A stretch of 64,000 nt of DNA, from contig NC_068982.1 of assembly GCF_001194135.2 (NCBI RefSeq), forward strand, positions 191,197,687-191,261,686, read 5' to 3'. The DNA is from Octopus bimaculoides. Taxonomy: Eukaryota. Shown here piece by piece: positions 39,223 to 53,012 of the stretch (its first letter is position 1; every line of letters starts with the position of its first letter). The position numbers and the translations under genes are program-made. The notes under the pieces are model-generated. The model did no database searches. It had not been told where the DNA came from and was given only the letters and a program-made list of their open reading frames with translations.

Positions 39223-39987
39223 AAACTGGGAAAGGGATGTGGGAGTAAACATGGGAAGGAGAGATGTTATTCAGTGCCTGAAAAGAAGGTTTCCATGTTC
39301 ATTTGATAGACATGCGACACCTGTTGCTCTCACTTTCGACCTGTCATCATTCAAACATTCAGGCATGTTAAGATTGTGGCCCCTACTGAGGGGTAAGAGC
39401 AAGTGTTAGCGACATTGTAAGTATAAATGTTATGAGCATTGCAAATATAAGCATTATTGGTGCTGCAGATATAAATAGAAATAAATAAAAGTAAATATGA
39501 ATATGAATATGCCAATGTTAGATTAAGTAAGTGGGCTGCTGCTATCTGGTTGGATTAGTCCTGAGGAGAGAGAGAGAGAGAGAGGAAGGAGTTGGGCAAG
39601 ATGGGGGATTTCCGGTATTAGTGGTGGGGGGTGGGAATGGACAGGCACATCACAAACAAGGAAGGATTATTTTAGAGATAGTATGAAAATATTTAGCCAA
39701 CATGAAAGAAAGAAAACTAAGGCTTTACAGCGATTTCAGTTTGGAAGTTAAATGAAGAATTAAGGAGAAAAACTGACGCTGAGAGAGATTACGATTTGGA
39801 AGTTATATTGAAGAGTCAATTTAAATAATTAGTTTACAAAAGTACATCTTAGCAATAATGTGGGTCAGATGAATGAATGAATGAAGTGATCGACAAAACA
39901 AGAGAATATCTTAGCTTAGTTGTACGTATTGTGGGTGCTGACAATAACCAGACACTGGAATAAACTACATGAGAGTCTGAAAGGAAA

Positions 39988-40024
<37 letters not shown>

Positions 40025-40026
<2 letters not shown>

Positions 40027-40630
40027 GGGGAAGAATTCACAAAAAAAAACAAAAGACAAAGACAGGTGGTGTAGACAACAAACAGATGTATTAGTTTAAT
40101 GCTCAGGAAGTGAAAAAGTTTTTAACATTTTGAGCTTATGCTCTTCCACAGAAAGGAACACAGAAAGAAACAAGGAGAGAAAAAAACAATGTGTAGTGGC
40201 TAGCGATCTATCATGGTGAATGCAAGACAGAAGGGTCACACAGGAGAGCTAGGAAGAAAAAGCAGAAAGTACAAAAAAGGTTTAGAAAATATAAAAAGGT
40301 TACGGAAAGTTCAAAGGTTCAAAAGCTTCAGACGTCGTGGTGTATTCCATCAACAGAAGAGTCCAGTGTAATCCATAGGCAGGAGAGGTGCAGCTGAAGT
40401 GTAGAAAGTCCAGTAGAGAATCCGTAGAAGTTTGTGGGTGACACGCACACACATATATACATCCATATTTATTCTCTCTCTGTTTATTTCCTTGTGTTCC
40501 TTTCTGTTGAAGAGCATAGCCTTGAAATATTAAAGACTTTCTCGCCTTCCCAAGTCTCAAACTAATGCACCTGTATGTTGTTTATACACCTGTCTTCATC
40601 TTTTGTTTTTCTGTAAATTTCAACCATACA
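40025..40630. mobile_element. Second Penelope-like unit with divergent inverted terminal repeats
   Basis: 40025-40190 and about 40465-40630 are inverted copies, about 75% identical with CpG-decay differences. Each has a hammerhead-like fold; flanks are (CA)n/(TA)n. Confidence 0.45.
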
Positions 40631-41320
40631 TATATATATNNNNNNNNNNNNNNNNNNNNNNNNNNNNNNNNNNNNNNNNNNNNNNNNNNNNNNNNNNNNN
40701 NNNNNNNNNNNNNNNNNNNNNNNNNNNNNNNNNNNNNNNNNNNNNNNNNNNNNNNNNNNNNNNNNNNNNNNNNNNNNNNNNNNNNNNNNNNNNNNNNNNN
40801 NNNNNNNNNNNNNNNNNNNNNNNNNNNNNNNNNNNNNNNNNNNNNNNNNNNNNNNNNNNNNNNNNNNNNNNNNNNNNNNNNNNNNNNNNNNNNNNNNNNN
40901 NNNNNNNNNNNNNNNNNNNNNNNNNNNNNNNNNNNNNNNNNNNNNNNNNNNNNNNNNNNNNNNNNNNNNNNNNNNNNNNNNNNNNNNNNNNNNNNNNNNN
41001 NNNNNNNNNNNNNNNNNNNNNNNNNNNNNNNNNNNNNNNNNNNNNNNNNNNNNNNNNNNNNNNNNNNNNNNNNNNNNNNNNNNNNNNNNNNNNNNNNNNN
41101 NNNNNNNNNNNNNNNNNNNNNNNNNNNNNNNNNNNNNNNNNNNNNNNNNNNNNNNNNNNNNNNNNNNNNNNNNNNNNNNNNNNNNNNNNNTACCATCTAG
41201 ATGGTAAATGTTTTTATTTTTATTTTTATTTTTATTTTATATCTTAACTACCACAACACCATCAATGAACTATTTTGTATCATATTTGCACAAGCACAAA
41301 TATGTTGAATGTGTTTATTT

Positions 41321-41356
<36 letters not shown>

Positions 41357-41639
41357 TAATAACATTTTTCTAAGGAACACTTGAGTTCAAGAAAAATAAA
41401 CACATCTGAGTTGGTTGTAGATTAGCTTAGACGTAGAAATGTCACTTTGTTTTGGAATTCTCCCCGAGGAAATCTCCAACTGATTGGTTTCGAATATGGG
41501 AATTGAATTCTATTTCTGTAATTGAAATGATTGGGTGTAGAAACAGGAGACAAGAATTTGTATGAATTTGAATGTCTTTAAATAAATAACATCTGTAAGT
41601 CAGTTTTATCCATTTAAAGATGTGTGTGTGTACGTACGT

Positions 41640-42720
41640 GTATAGTCCTCCAGGCAATAACAGAGGAATTTAAGACAGGCTGCCCCTGGGAGCTCCTCTA
41701 TGCTGATGGCTTTGTTCTTGTAGCTGAATATCACGACCAGAACCAGAAAACAAGTTTCATGTATGGAAGCAAGATCTAAACTCAAAGGGCATTAGAGTTA
41801 ACCTAGCAAAAATCAAAGTCTTAGTAAGTAGGAAGGCAGAAAAATCCCTTCAGGTAGATGACCCTGATTGATCTGTAGAAAAAGCATAGGTATGAACTCC
41901 ATAAGATTTACCTGGTGTAAGCTTTGGACACATAACAGGTGCAGCAATATCAGAGGAAGGTTAACAGGGAAAATAGCTTGTGTGTGTGGAAGATGCACAT
42001 GTACAATAAACGCTGAAAATAGACTTCATCAACTGCCAAGGGGGGAGTACGCTAGAGGTAGATAGCTTCCATTATCCAGGTGACCAAGTTAGTAATGGAG
42101 GTGGATGCTCTGAGAGCATAGCTGTGAGAATAAGATTAGGCTGTGCAAAATTCAGAGAGCTCACACCTCTGCTGGCAACAAAGGGCTTCTCTCTCAGAGT
42201 GAAAGGCAAATTGTATGATGCTTGTGTGCAAACAGCTTTGCTACACGGCAGTGAAACCTGGGCATTAGCCAAGGACATGCGTATGCTTGAAAGAAATGAA
42301 GCCAGTATACTTTGCTGGACATGCATGTTCAACAGAGTGTAAGCATGTTGAGAGAAAATAGGGCATAAGAGGAATCAGATGTGGTATGCAAGAGAGACAA
42401 CTGCGCTGGTATGGTCATGTGATGCGTATCAAGGACAGTTGTGTAAAGAAGTGCTGATCTCTAACTGTGGAGGGAACCAGTGGTAGAGGTAGACCCAGGA
42501 AAACATGGGATGAGGTTGTGAAGCATGATCTTCAGACTTTGGGCCTCACAAAAGCAATGACTAGTGACCAAGAACGTTGGCAATATGCTGTGCTTGAGAG
42601 GACCCGTCAAGCCAAGTGAAATCATAGTCGTGCCTGATGCTGGTTTCATGTAACGGGCACCCATGCCGGTGGCACGCACAAAGCACCTTTGGAGCGTTGG
42701 GCCTCATGGAGGCAAAGTGG
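41640..42720 (+). mobile_element. RTE-clade LINE 3' third: RT end, PHD-like Cys/His insertion, C-terminus
   Basis: GCPWELLYADG; C4HC3-spaced motif at 41859-41996; KFRELTPLLATKGFSLRVKGKLY, LLHGSETW, GRGRPRKTW. Confidence 0.85.
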
Positions 42721-43532
42721 CAAAATGGTTAAATCTCTTCACAGTTAAAAGTCACTATTTTTTTTAGCCCAAACTCTGCATCGGTCTGCTTCCTGTCTCT
42801 TTACATCATTGTGAGCCCAACAAAGGTGACATTATGTGGTTGCGAGATCCTGCTAATAATAGCAGTCAGATGTTCCTGCATGTGTGTGTGTGTATGTATA
42901 TGTGTAAATGTATATGCCTGTGACTGTGTATGTGTGTGTGTATATCTGTGGTTGTGTGTGAGTGTATAGAAGCAGGATGCATTGCTTAATGATGTAATTG
43001 TAGATATATTAGTCTAGAGAAAAGCAGGCTGGTCATGGATGGAACCCCCTCTGATCATGGTTCTGTTGACCTTCAGTTCAACTCATTCCTGCAACTAATT
43101 CCAAGATGGTACTGATCTTTGGCTCTGAACTCTGTCGATGTGTCTTCATAAATGGACTCTTCCATTAACCTTCCATATTGTTTAACCTCAAGGTAATCCT
43201 TGATACTGTTGACCCATAATCAAAGCTTTCCAACCACGACCGTCCCAACTTTTTGCATATCAGGAATTACATTGTCCATTGTGTTCTTTTTAAAACAGTA
43301 GGACTCATTTTGAGGAATATTCGGTGGTTATTTCTAGCTTTGGTGGTTTCTCTGTTTGCTTATTCTTCATTCATCAGTCAATCATTCATTGTCAGTGTGT
43401 GTGTGTGATTTCCTGAGCAGTCGTCCCCATCCCCACTCACCCATTATGAAGTGAACAAAGACTGATACAGAGATAACAAATCAATGAAAAACCAATGTCA
43501 CAGCGACCAGACATAAGTGTTTCATCATCAGA

Positions 43533-43570
<38 letters not shown>

Positions 43571-45519
43571 TGTTAGCACAGAGCAGTGTTGTTCTACTGC
43601 AATAGTGTGTCTGTTATGAAGTGTCATAGTTAGTGTCATTAATTACAGGCAACCAATCAATGGTTCACTGGTTTTTTTGGTGGCAGTAGTGACAAGGGAG
43701 TGTCTGTAACTCGGTGTAGAAGAAATATCACAAAGGACTTCATTCAAAACTACCGGTTTATTGGCTTTCCCACTGATGTTTGTGTGTGTATTTCTGTGAA
43801 AGATACACACACACACACACACACACACTCTCAAACACATAGGCACACACATACTCACACATCATCATCATTATCATCACACTTCCACTTTCAATATTGA
43901 CTTGGGTTAGACAGATCCTTACAGTCAATCTCAGTCCTTATTTGGAGTTACTGCCATCCCAAACAGGTTGGTCAATCCCACCTCGCTCCTTAAATTCCTT
44001 TTAGTCTTGAATTTTCTGACTGCGTTCTCTTCCTGACGCCAACCATGTTGCAGATTCCAGACTATCTTGTGTCCTGGTTGGATTTTTAATGGCCCCCCAA
44101 CAATAGTGGGGTTGTCTAAAGTTATAAATATCTGCACATACGCATGCGCTCACACACACACACATGTGCATGCACATTCACGCATACCCATGTGTGCACA
44201 TGCACACCTTACAGAGTGTACTGGATGCTTTTTAAGTGGTACTAGTACCAACAGGCTCACCAAGTACCTTGCAAGGTAAAGAATCTCTCAACTGCAAGGT
44301 GGAAGAGTCGTATTGAGGGACAAATGACAGAATTGTGTGTGTGTGTGCATGGGCATGCATGTATGTATGTGTGTGTGTGTATCTTCTCTTTTCACAGCCT
44401 CACAGAGGCAATGACAAAAGACCGAGACCTCTGGAGATATGCCATGATTGAGAAGACCTGGCAAATAAAGTGAGTTCACAGCTGTAACCTACACCAGTGT
44501 TGCATAACCAGCCCCAGCCCACTCAAAAGTACCTTGAATCGTAGGGCAACATGCTGTGCTTGAAGAGACCTATTGAGTCAAGTACATCAACATCAAATGG
44601 AAATTGTAGTTGTGATCCCTCTGCTGGTGGCACATAAAAAGCACCATCCAAACATGGCAGATGCCAGCACCGCCTTGACTGGCTTCCGTGCCAGTGACAC
44701 GTAAAAAGCACCAACTGATCGTGGTCATTGCCAGCCTCCTCTGGCCCCTGTGCCAATGGCACGTAAAAAGCACCTACTACACTCTGAGTGGTTGGCGTTA
44801 GGAAGGGCATCCAGCTGTAGAAACATTGCCAGATCAGACTGGAGCCTGGTGCAGCCTCCTGGCTTCCCAGACCCGTCGAACCATCCAACCCATGCCAGCA
44901 TGGAAAATGGACGTTAAACGATGATGATGATGATGATGTACAAGCCTACCCCCTCCTGTTTCCATTATAAGACGGTCAGCTTTGGGAGCAGAGACAGTGT
45001 AGGGCTATGAGGTCCATTTAGCCCTGCCTCAGGACTGTTTAACCTCTCAAGTGTTGGTGTCACAAATAAATGTACCCACAACATGTAATGAACTGGCTGA
45101 TGTGTTAGGAAGAGCATCCAGATGTAGGAACGATGCCAAATCACACAAGCATCAGTCTATGGAGACAGTGGTTCCTTGTAACAAATGACTTGAACTGTGA
45201 TGAACCATCTAACCCATGCCAGCATAGGAAACAGACATAAAATGATATAATAAAAATACTCAAAATGTGTAACAGAGTTAATTTCGTCAAGTGAATGTGT
45301 GTGGGTGGAGGTTCATACCTTTGTAAAACCCTGTGCTGTTTGTAATTATTTAAGTATTTACCTGTCCACCACCATCATCTTGTCAGTACAACTTTCAAGT
45401 CCTTTATACACCATATTTTCTAGCAAATAAGTCAACATCATGTGTAAACATTCAAATATTGTCACTATCTTTCCAAATCCTGCTGCATTTCATGTGGAAT
45501 TTTTGGTCTGAAAAATTCA

Positions 45520-46392
45520 AATTGTAGAGCAGAAAAAATTTTGCAATATTTTGGTAACTTTTTTGTTTTATCAGGTTACAACAAAAGCAGACGAGCATTC
45601 AAGCGAGATGCCATTGTGTTTACACCATCTGAAGCCACCTTTCTACCAGTTCTTTGATCCAATGCTGATATCAGTTCTTGTCTTTTGAGGCAAAGAACTC
45701 CATCACTAAACCTTCCATCTTCTCTTTGTTAATGAAGTTTCATAAGCGCAGGTTGTGAGCCACGGATCAGAACAAATAACATTCCAAGAGAGACACTTTT
45801 CCACAATCTTGACATGCATAAGCAGTGGTTAAGCAAGGGCCAGCTTCTGGAACTTGTTGCCAAACATGGCCATTTCAAACACAAAGTGATGCTTGCTCTG
45901 AGTTTGATGGGATTATAAGGAAATAATTCACTGACTTTATTTCGGATGGTTGAACTATTGATGCCAACCTGTACTTTGAACAGCTGGAGTGGATGCATGC
46001 AATTATGCAGCAGAAATATTCAGCATTGCTTAACAGGAAATGAGTTCTGCAGCAAGACTTCATATGACCCAATCTCCAGGAACTTGAGGGGAGTCAAACC
46101 GATGCCACACCCAGCCTGTAGTCCGGACCTAGCTCCTTCCGATTATTATTTGTTCTGTTCCATGACTCTCTTTCTGCACTCACAACACTTCATCAACCAA
46201 GAGGAGGTGGAAGCTTCAGTGAAGGAATTCTTTGTGCTGAAGGACAAGAACTGGTATCAGCATAGAATCAAAGAACTGGCTGAAAGGTGGCTCCTGACGG
46301 TGCAACACTATGGCCTCTACTTTGAATGCTCGGCTGCTTAAAGCAAGTAAGTTACCACCAAAACACTGCAAAACTTTTGATTCAGTACAATA
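45520..46392 (+). mobile_element. Mariner derivative whose 5' half is replaced by an inverted copy of the 3' end
   Basis: Catalytic-domain remnant with HPACSPDLAPSDYYLF at 46106-46153. 45520-45780 is the reverse complement of about 46140-46392. Confidence 0.8.
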
Positions 46393-47558
46393 CACACCAC
46401 TATTGATGATTGTCCTTCCATAGTTTGTTCTGTTTACAACAAACTTGATATACCACCATATTCAAGGTACTGAAACATAAGGCAGCTGATGAAGCTAATC
46501 TCTCTGGAATACCCTTCCTATTGGGTTACAAAGATATTAATATTAAATATAAGATGGTGGTTAAAAGTAAGTCATCTGGGAATATACATTTGTTGATGGG
46601 GGGAAATCTGAAGATTTTTAATCAATTTGTTTTTCTTAGATGAGTTTCGTTGTTCACCATCAAAGCTTGGTGATTCTGTTGTTGTGGAAGGCAGTGAGCT
46701 GGCAGAATCATTAGCACACCAGGCAAAATGCTTAACAGCATACATTCCGAGTTCAAATCCTGCTGAGGTCAACTTTGCCTTTCATCCTTTCTGGGTTGAT
46801 ATGATAAATCCCAGTTGAGCAATGGAGATGAGGTACTCAACTAACCCCTCCTTTGAAATTGCTGGCCTTGTGCCAGAGTTTGAAGCCAGTAGAGATTGGC
46901 AGAATCGAGCATCAAAAAAGAATATTTTACTGTATTAGTCTCAGCTCTTTACATTCTGAGTTCAAATCCTGTTGAGGTCAACTTTGCTTTTCATCTTCCC
47001 GAGGTCGATAAAATAAAGTACCAGTCAAGTACTGAGGTTAATTTGTTTGACTAAACTCTTTAAGGTGGTGCTCCAGCATGACCACAGTTCTATGACTGAA
47101 AGTAGTAAAAGATTAAAAGATGTATATACAATGGGCTTCTTTCAGTTTCTGTCTAATGACTCCACTCACGAGGCTTTGGTTGGCTTGGGGCCCACAGGGA
47201 AAGACACTTGTCCAAGTTGCTGTGCTGTGGGAATGAACCCAGAACCATAGGGTTGGAAAGTGAGCTTCTTAACCACACAGTCACACCTGTGATTTAAAAA
47301 AAGATCACCGTTTAACATCCATTTTCCATATTGGCATTGGTTGGACAGTTTGACAGGAGCTGTTAAGATTAGGGACCACACCAGGTCCTAGTGTCTGTTT
47401 TGTCATGGTTTCTATGGCTGGATGCCCTTCCTAACGCCAACCACTCTACAGGGTGGACTGGATGCTTTTTATGTGGCACCAGCTCTAACAGGGTCAGATT
47501 TTAAAATGAATAATCTTTATACCTGTTACAAATTTTTTTAATTATTGTTGCTGTTGGC

Positions 47559-47622
<64 letters not shown>

Positions 47623-47933
47623 CTGATCGTTTGTTATTACTAATCAATACCCAGTCAGTAATAAACCCCCACCTGTCCACCCATTTCTCCATCTCTTATG
47701 CAAACATGGATAATGACTATTTCATTGCTTTTGTTTTGGCAAACTTCCTTCACTGAAAGCTTATATTGGATTTCTTAAATTACCTGTCAGTCAGGTGTTG
47801 TAAACAAGCTAAAGTATTTATTTCCCTAACGATTCTGTTGCTAAGCAATGGTAGTGGGGGCGGCATTATTATTATTATTATTATCATTATTGCTGTTGTT
47901 ATCATCATCATCACCATTGTCATTAATATTATC

Positions 47934-47974
<41 letters not shown>

Positions 47975-49124
47975 AACTGCTGCCTTTTCAATGGACAATA
48001 ATTCGACAATATATAAATATATTTACTTCTTCAGTCAGTTTAATAGATGACCTGTCATGTGATCGCTTGACTTGCTGAAAACAACCAACTGCAGTCTGAT
48101 AGCTTTTAACAGGCTACAGAGGACACATCCGGCCAGTGTAGGTGCCTCTATGTGGTTTCCCAACCTGCTAAAAACAGCAGCCAAATTGCCTTTAAATCAC
48201 AACTATCTGTCTTTAAAAAAAAGTTATTTTGGGTGATGCACACTTTGATGTGTAATTCCAAAAACTGACTAGTTGGTCATATCTGGATTGTCTTCCATCA
48301 CATATCTATGTAATTAAGATTGAGCTGGGTCTAAACATCATCTGAAAAATAATGAACTGCAGGGTCCTTCACTGTTTGTAGAATCTGTTAATGGGAGTAT
48401 CCCAAGGCTTCAATTAATTATATGACTAATTAATAACCAGTTCGTTAGCTCAAGGTTGACAATTACTCAGGAAATTACTTGTATTTGAAGATTTATGGAA
48501 CTACAATTCATTCTGCCACCTCTGCCGCACATGTGGAATGCAGAAGCATCAATCCAATTCCAGAAGCTGACACATCTCATTCTATGAATGGCAGCTGGTT
48601 CAGCATCAACGGCAACAATTTGTGTGAAGGAACATGAGTAGTTGTTGCTATGACAACTACAAATTTAAGTCTTAAGAACCATTAATAAAATGCAAATGTG
48701 AAATATCCAAGAATAATTAGTCATGTGACCAATGGATTATTCCATATTGTCTGTGGATATTGTTACTGCGTAAAACAGTGGAAGAAGATTGATTGTGGAA
48801 CCGAGAGTTTTGTCCTAATTTTGATCGAGTTAGAATTGTTTAATGACTTCATCTGACATCATTTGTTGGATCCGGTCAAGCGGAACTCTCATTTGAGCCA
48901 TTTAAAAACCACAGTACGAAGATATTGGTCGTAACCCACCACAGAAGCACAACAGTTCTCTACTGTTTTTTTTCATCTTTTGTTGGTTCCAGTCATTGGA
49001 CTGTGGCCATGCCAAAGCAACACCTTTTTAAGCCTGGTACTTATTCTATCAGTCTCTTTTACCAAACCGCTAAGTTACAGAGACATAAACATACTTTCAC
49101 TAGTTGTCAAGCTATGGTGAGGAA

Positions 49125-49184
<60 letters not shown>

Positions 49185-50478
49185 TATACACACACACACA
49201 TACACACACATACACACACACACACATGCTGGGCTTCTTTCAGTTTTTGTCTACCAAGCACCATCCGAACGTGATGGATGCCAAGCCCGCCTGATTGGCT
49301 CCCATGCCAGTGGCATGTAAAAAGCACCCACTACACTCTCAGAGTGGTTGGCGTTAGGAAGGGCATCCAGCTGTNNNNNNNNNNACTACACTCTCAGAGT
49401 GGTTGGCGTTAGGAAGGGCATCCAGCTGTAGAAACATTGCCAGATCAGATTGGAGCCTGGTGCAGCCCTTCAGCTTGCCAGCTCCCGTCAAACTGTCCAA
49501 CCCATGCCAGCATGGAAAACAGATGTTAAACGATGATGATGATGATGAAATTCACTCTCAAGGCTTTGTTCAGCCTGAGGCAATAGTAGAANNNNNNNNN
49601 NATGATGATGATGAAATTCACTCTCAAGGCTTTGTTCAGCCTGAGGCAATAGTAGAAGACACTTACCCAAGGTGCCATGCAGTGGGACTGAACCTGGAAC
49701 CATGTTTGCACCTACTAATAAATAAATAAATAAATAAATAAAATATTAAGAAGAAAGTTAAGATATTGCCTTTGTGACTCAGTTTTCATTGGACGATTTT
49801 GACATTCCATCATATTAAGAATGGAATGGAAAATTCTGTGGTATTTCTAGTCCCGTTATTATTTCTGCTGTTGTCCAATCTATTAATTAGTGTTCAGTTA
49901 AAACAATAGACTTTGGCGCTATAATTGTTGATTTGCTTAGATTCTTCTAAATTACCAAAATGATCCGGTTCTGCTATTATTGAACTTCACCATTCCGCAT
50001 TCTCAGCTGAAGTCTCACCAATATCAATTTTAACTTTCATTTCTTTTAAGTCTATAATGTTGTTTGACTGATTTCAATCACTTGGCTATGGCCATGTTGG
50101 AGCACTGGCTTCAAATTAGCATTATCATCATCATTTAATGTCCATTTTCCATGCTGGCATGGGTTGGACAGCTTGACAGGAAGTGGCAAGGCTGGAGAGC
50201 TGCACCAGGCTCCATTTATCTCCACTGGCATGGTTTCTATGGCTACATGCCCATCCTAACACCAACCACTTTGCACAGTGTCCTGAGTGATTTTTATGTG
50301 GCACCAGCACAAATCTGTCACAACAAATTCCTTATGACCCGTACAAGAATGGAAGAAAAGTGGACATTAAAATCTTTCAACTGTAGTGTTGTTGTTGTTC
50401 TTGTTGTTAACAGATTGAATTGTTTTTTATTTTTTGTTTTTGTTCTTCAGATTCATTTGAAAGAGAGAATTAGTCACC

Positions 50479-50653
50479 ATGAACGACCCACCTCCTCCCT
50501 ATCCCGGTGCACCAGGAGTTTCCTACCCTCTTCCTGAAAAGGGTGGGATTCAACCATCAGCCCCAGGAGCCTACTATCCACCCGCTCCTTACCCAACGGC
50601 ACCTGCTGGTGATATGCAACCCCCACCCCCACAACCAATGATCCACCCACAAG
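50479..50653 (+). CDS. First coding exon of a proline-rich LITAF/CDIP1-like protein (MNDPPPPYPGAPGVSYPLPEKGGIQPSAPGAYYPPAPYPTAPAGDMQPPPPQPMIHPQ)
   Basis: Long polypyrimidine tract + CAG acceptor at 50449-50450, so the exon starts at 50451. Start context is gtcaccATG at 50479 and the phase-1 donor GTAAGT is at 50654. The peptide has PPPY, PSAP and PTAP motifs, and its N-terminus recalls CDIP1 (xxPPPPYPG...EK.G). The diagnostic LITAF Cys domain is not in the window, so the family call is tentative; the exon itself is well supported. Confidence 0.8.
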
Positions 50654-51727
50654 GTAAGTCAAACCCTTACCTTTTCTGGGCCGTGAAGGGAAAGCCCTAA
50701 TGTCTACACACCACACTTATTGTGTCCTGCTTTTGCTCAAATCATTGAACTTAATCACCCATTGATGGATATTTGATCTCACTTTACTCTTTACATTCCA
50801 CTGCTACAACGCTGGGGGGGGGACATAAATATTCATTCCTAGCCTATAAGTCTGTATCACCGTTTGTGTGTGTGTGTGTGTGTTACTGTGTCCTTGGCTT
50901 CACTTGATGCCATCAAAAAAGTCTTTGATTTCCAATCTTTTGTGAAAGTATGTCTGATTGAGTGCGGGGGTGGGGGTGGAATATTACTTCTATTAGAAAC
51001 AGGTGGAGGCTGGTGACAGGAAGAGCATCCAGCTAGATTCATCTCAACAGATTTTGTGCTACCCATACATGCAGATGTGGGAAAGTGAATGTTGAACAGC
51101 AATGATGACTTTATACACATACACATCCTCACACACACACACGCGCGCACATGCACTCTCACACACACACACACATCTTTAACGTCCATGTTCCATGCTG
51201 ACATGGGTTGGACAGTTTGACTGAATCCAATGTGTCCAAGAACTACATCATGCTCCACTGTCCACTTTGGAATGGTTTCTACAGGTGGCCATCCTTCCTA
51301 AGGCCAACCAGTTTACATTGTGTGCTGGGTGCTTTTTTTCGTGGCACCAACACTAACTGTGCAGCTTGCAAGACAATTGTGAGTGAGTGGTTTTGTGTTT
51401 AGAGATGAGAGGTTAAAGTGTGAGAGAAGGGGCCAGAACAGAAAAGTCCCTTGCTGAAGAAGAGCTACATGGGTGGTGGGGTGATTGGGGAGGTGGAGCT
51501 GAAAAGAAATAGAAATAGTGATGAGGTGTGAGGGTGGACCTTTGAGGTGTTGGGTGAGTAAAAAAAGAGTGGGGACAGGAGAACAGGGAGTGTGGGTGGG
51601 TAGAGGTTGCGAGAGTGCATGGGAGAAATGGTGAGGGATGTGTGATGCAGGAGAGAGAATTTGGTTGCCCAGCAGGGTGGTCAGTGTAAGATGCAAATAG
51701 AACAGACAGCATGAGAAAGAAAGATAG

Positions 51728-51808
<81 letters not shown>

Positions 51809-52222
51809 TATTATATCTTAAACTCTTTTGAAATTAAACTGGCCATATCTGGCCCATATATTCTACCTGTTTTATGTTTGTACTAACCAGATTCAGCCTC
51901 TCACACCTACCCTACACTGTCATTAACAATCACATTTTCAAAATCTTGAAGCTACAAGATAAAGCAGGATTAATTAAAAGCATTGTGATTAAATAAGCAT
52001 TACATTTGACAGTAATCTGAATGTTAAAGGGTTAAACAAATTATATCTGATTGTTATTGCAAACTGTGCCAACTCTGAGTGTGTGTTGCCTGTCGACCCT
52101 TGCTACTATGGCACAAACTCTCTCTTTTGCTCCCTTTATAATTCCCTTTTGTTTTCTTCTCTATCTTTTTCTTCTCTCTCCCTCTCAGTATTTTCTCACA
52201 CTCATCTTTTAATCTATTTCAG

Positions 52223-52252
52223 AATATGGACCAGCTCCCCTTGGTGGCCAAG
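52223..52252 (+). CDS. 30-nt phase-1 microexon (EYGPAPLGGQ) of the proline-rich gene
   Basis: tatttcAG acceptor and GTAACT donor at 52253. It preserves the frame after the first coding exon and is Pro/Gly/Tyr-rich like that exon. Confidence 0.7.
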
Positions 52253-52894
52253 GTAACTATTATCTCAACAATTTCCTTTTAGATTCCTACGCAACAGTTT
52301 AACCATGAATGATAGGCCCAATGTCCAAACCCAGCCTGTGTCTCTCTCGACTCTCCTGGAATTCTGGGATATAAAACATTCAGTGATCCACTCAAAGGAA
52401 TTTTGTCCAAACTTATATTTTCATCCACACATTCCCGGAACTATTGCAGAGACAATAGATTAAAACTGTTTATTGTAACAACTTCTAAAATGATAAAGGT
52501 TAAGAGTCAGGACCAGAGATTGTGGACAAGTTTCCTCAATAACCGTTCTCTCTCTGTGAGGAATTCCTGTTACAGTTCTTGTATTGTATTCTTAGACAAA
52601 ACATTGAAGTCTTCAACTGTTTGGTTTATTTTACTGCTGCCATCATTTCAATATATTCTTAACCAAAATATCCAAACTTTGTGAATTATTTATTTCAGGC
52701 ATTGTATTATATTATTTACCAAACTTTGTAACGTTTAGGACTCGTTTGGTTCATTGGGAAAACAGATGCCATTTTCCACTGTTTGCAGGAAATTTTCTTG
52801 TTTGCTTTTCTTTTTGTGTTATGAGATTACCTAAAACTGGTTTACAAAATTTAGTTGTGGTTAATTTCTTTCTTGTTCTTATTAACATAGACAT

Positions 52895-52920
52895 CTCTCT
52901 CTCTCTCTCTCTCTCTCTCC

Positions 52921-53010
<90 letters not shown>
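52895..53010. repeat. (CT)n microsatellite; similar tracts at 47560-47620 and 56090-56160, with (CA)n at 49130-49230 and 51730-51810
   Basis: Direct reading. Confidence 0.95.

Positions 53011-53012
<2 letters not shown>

Noticed and set aside
43505-43540. Minus-strand CTGATGA-t-GAAAC...GTC motif
   Set aside because: No stem II and no stem I pairing; cannot be supported as a hammerhead.
49331-49657. Two short direct duplications (about 44 bp and 52 bp) in RTE/SINE sequence
   Set aside because: Each pair is identical and separated by a 10-N spacer, typical of unmerged contig overlaps; an assembly artefact.
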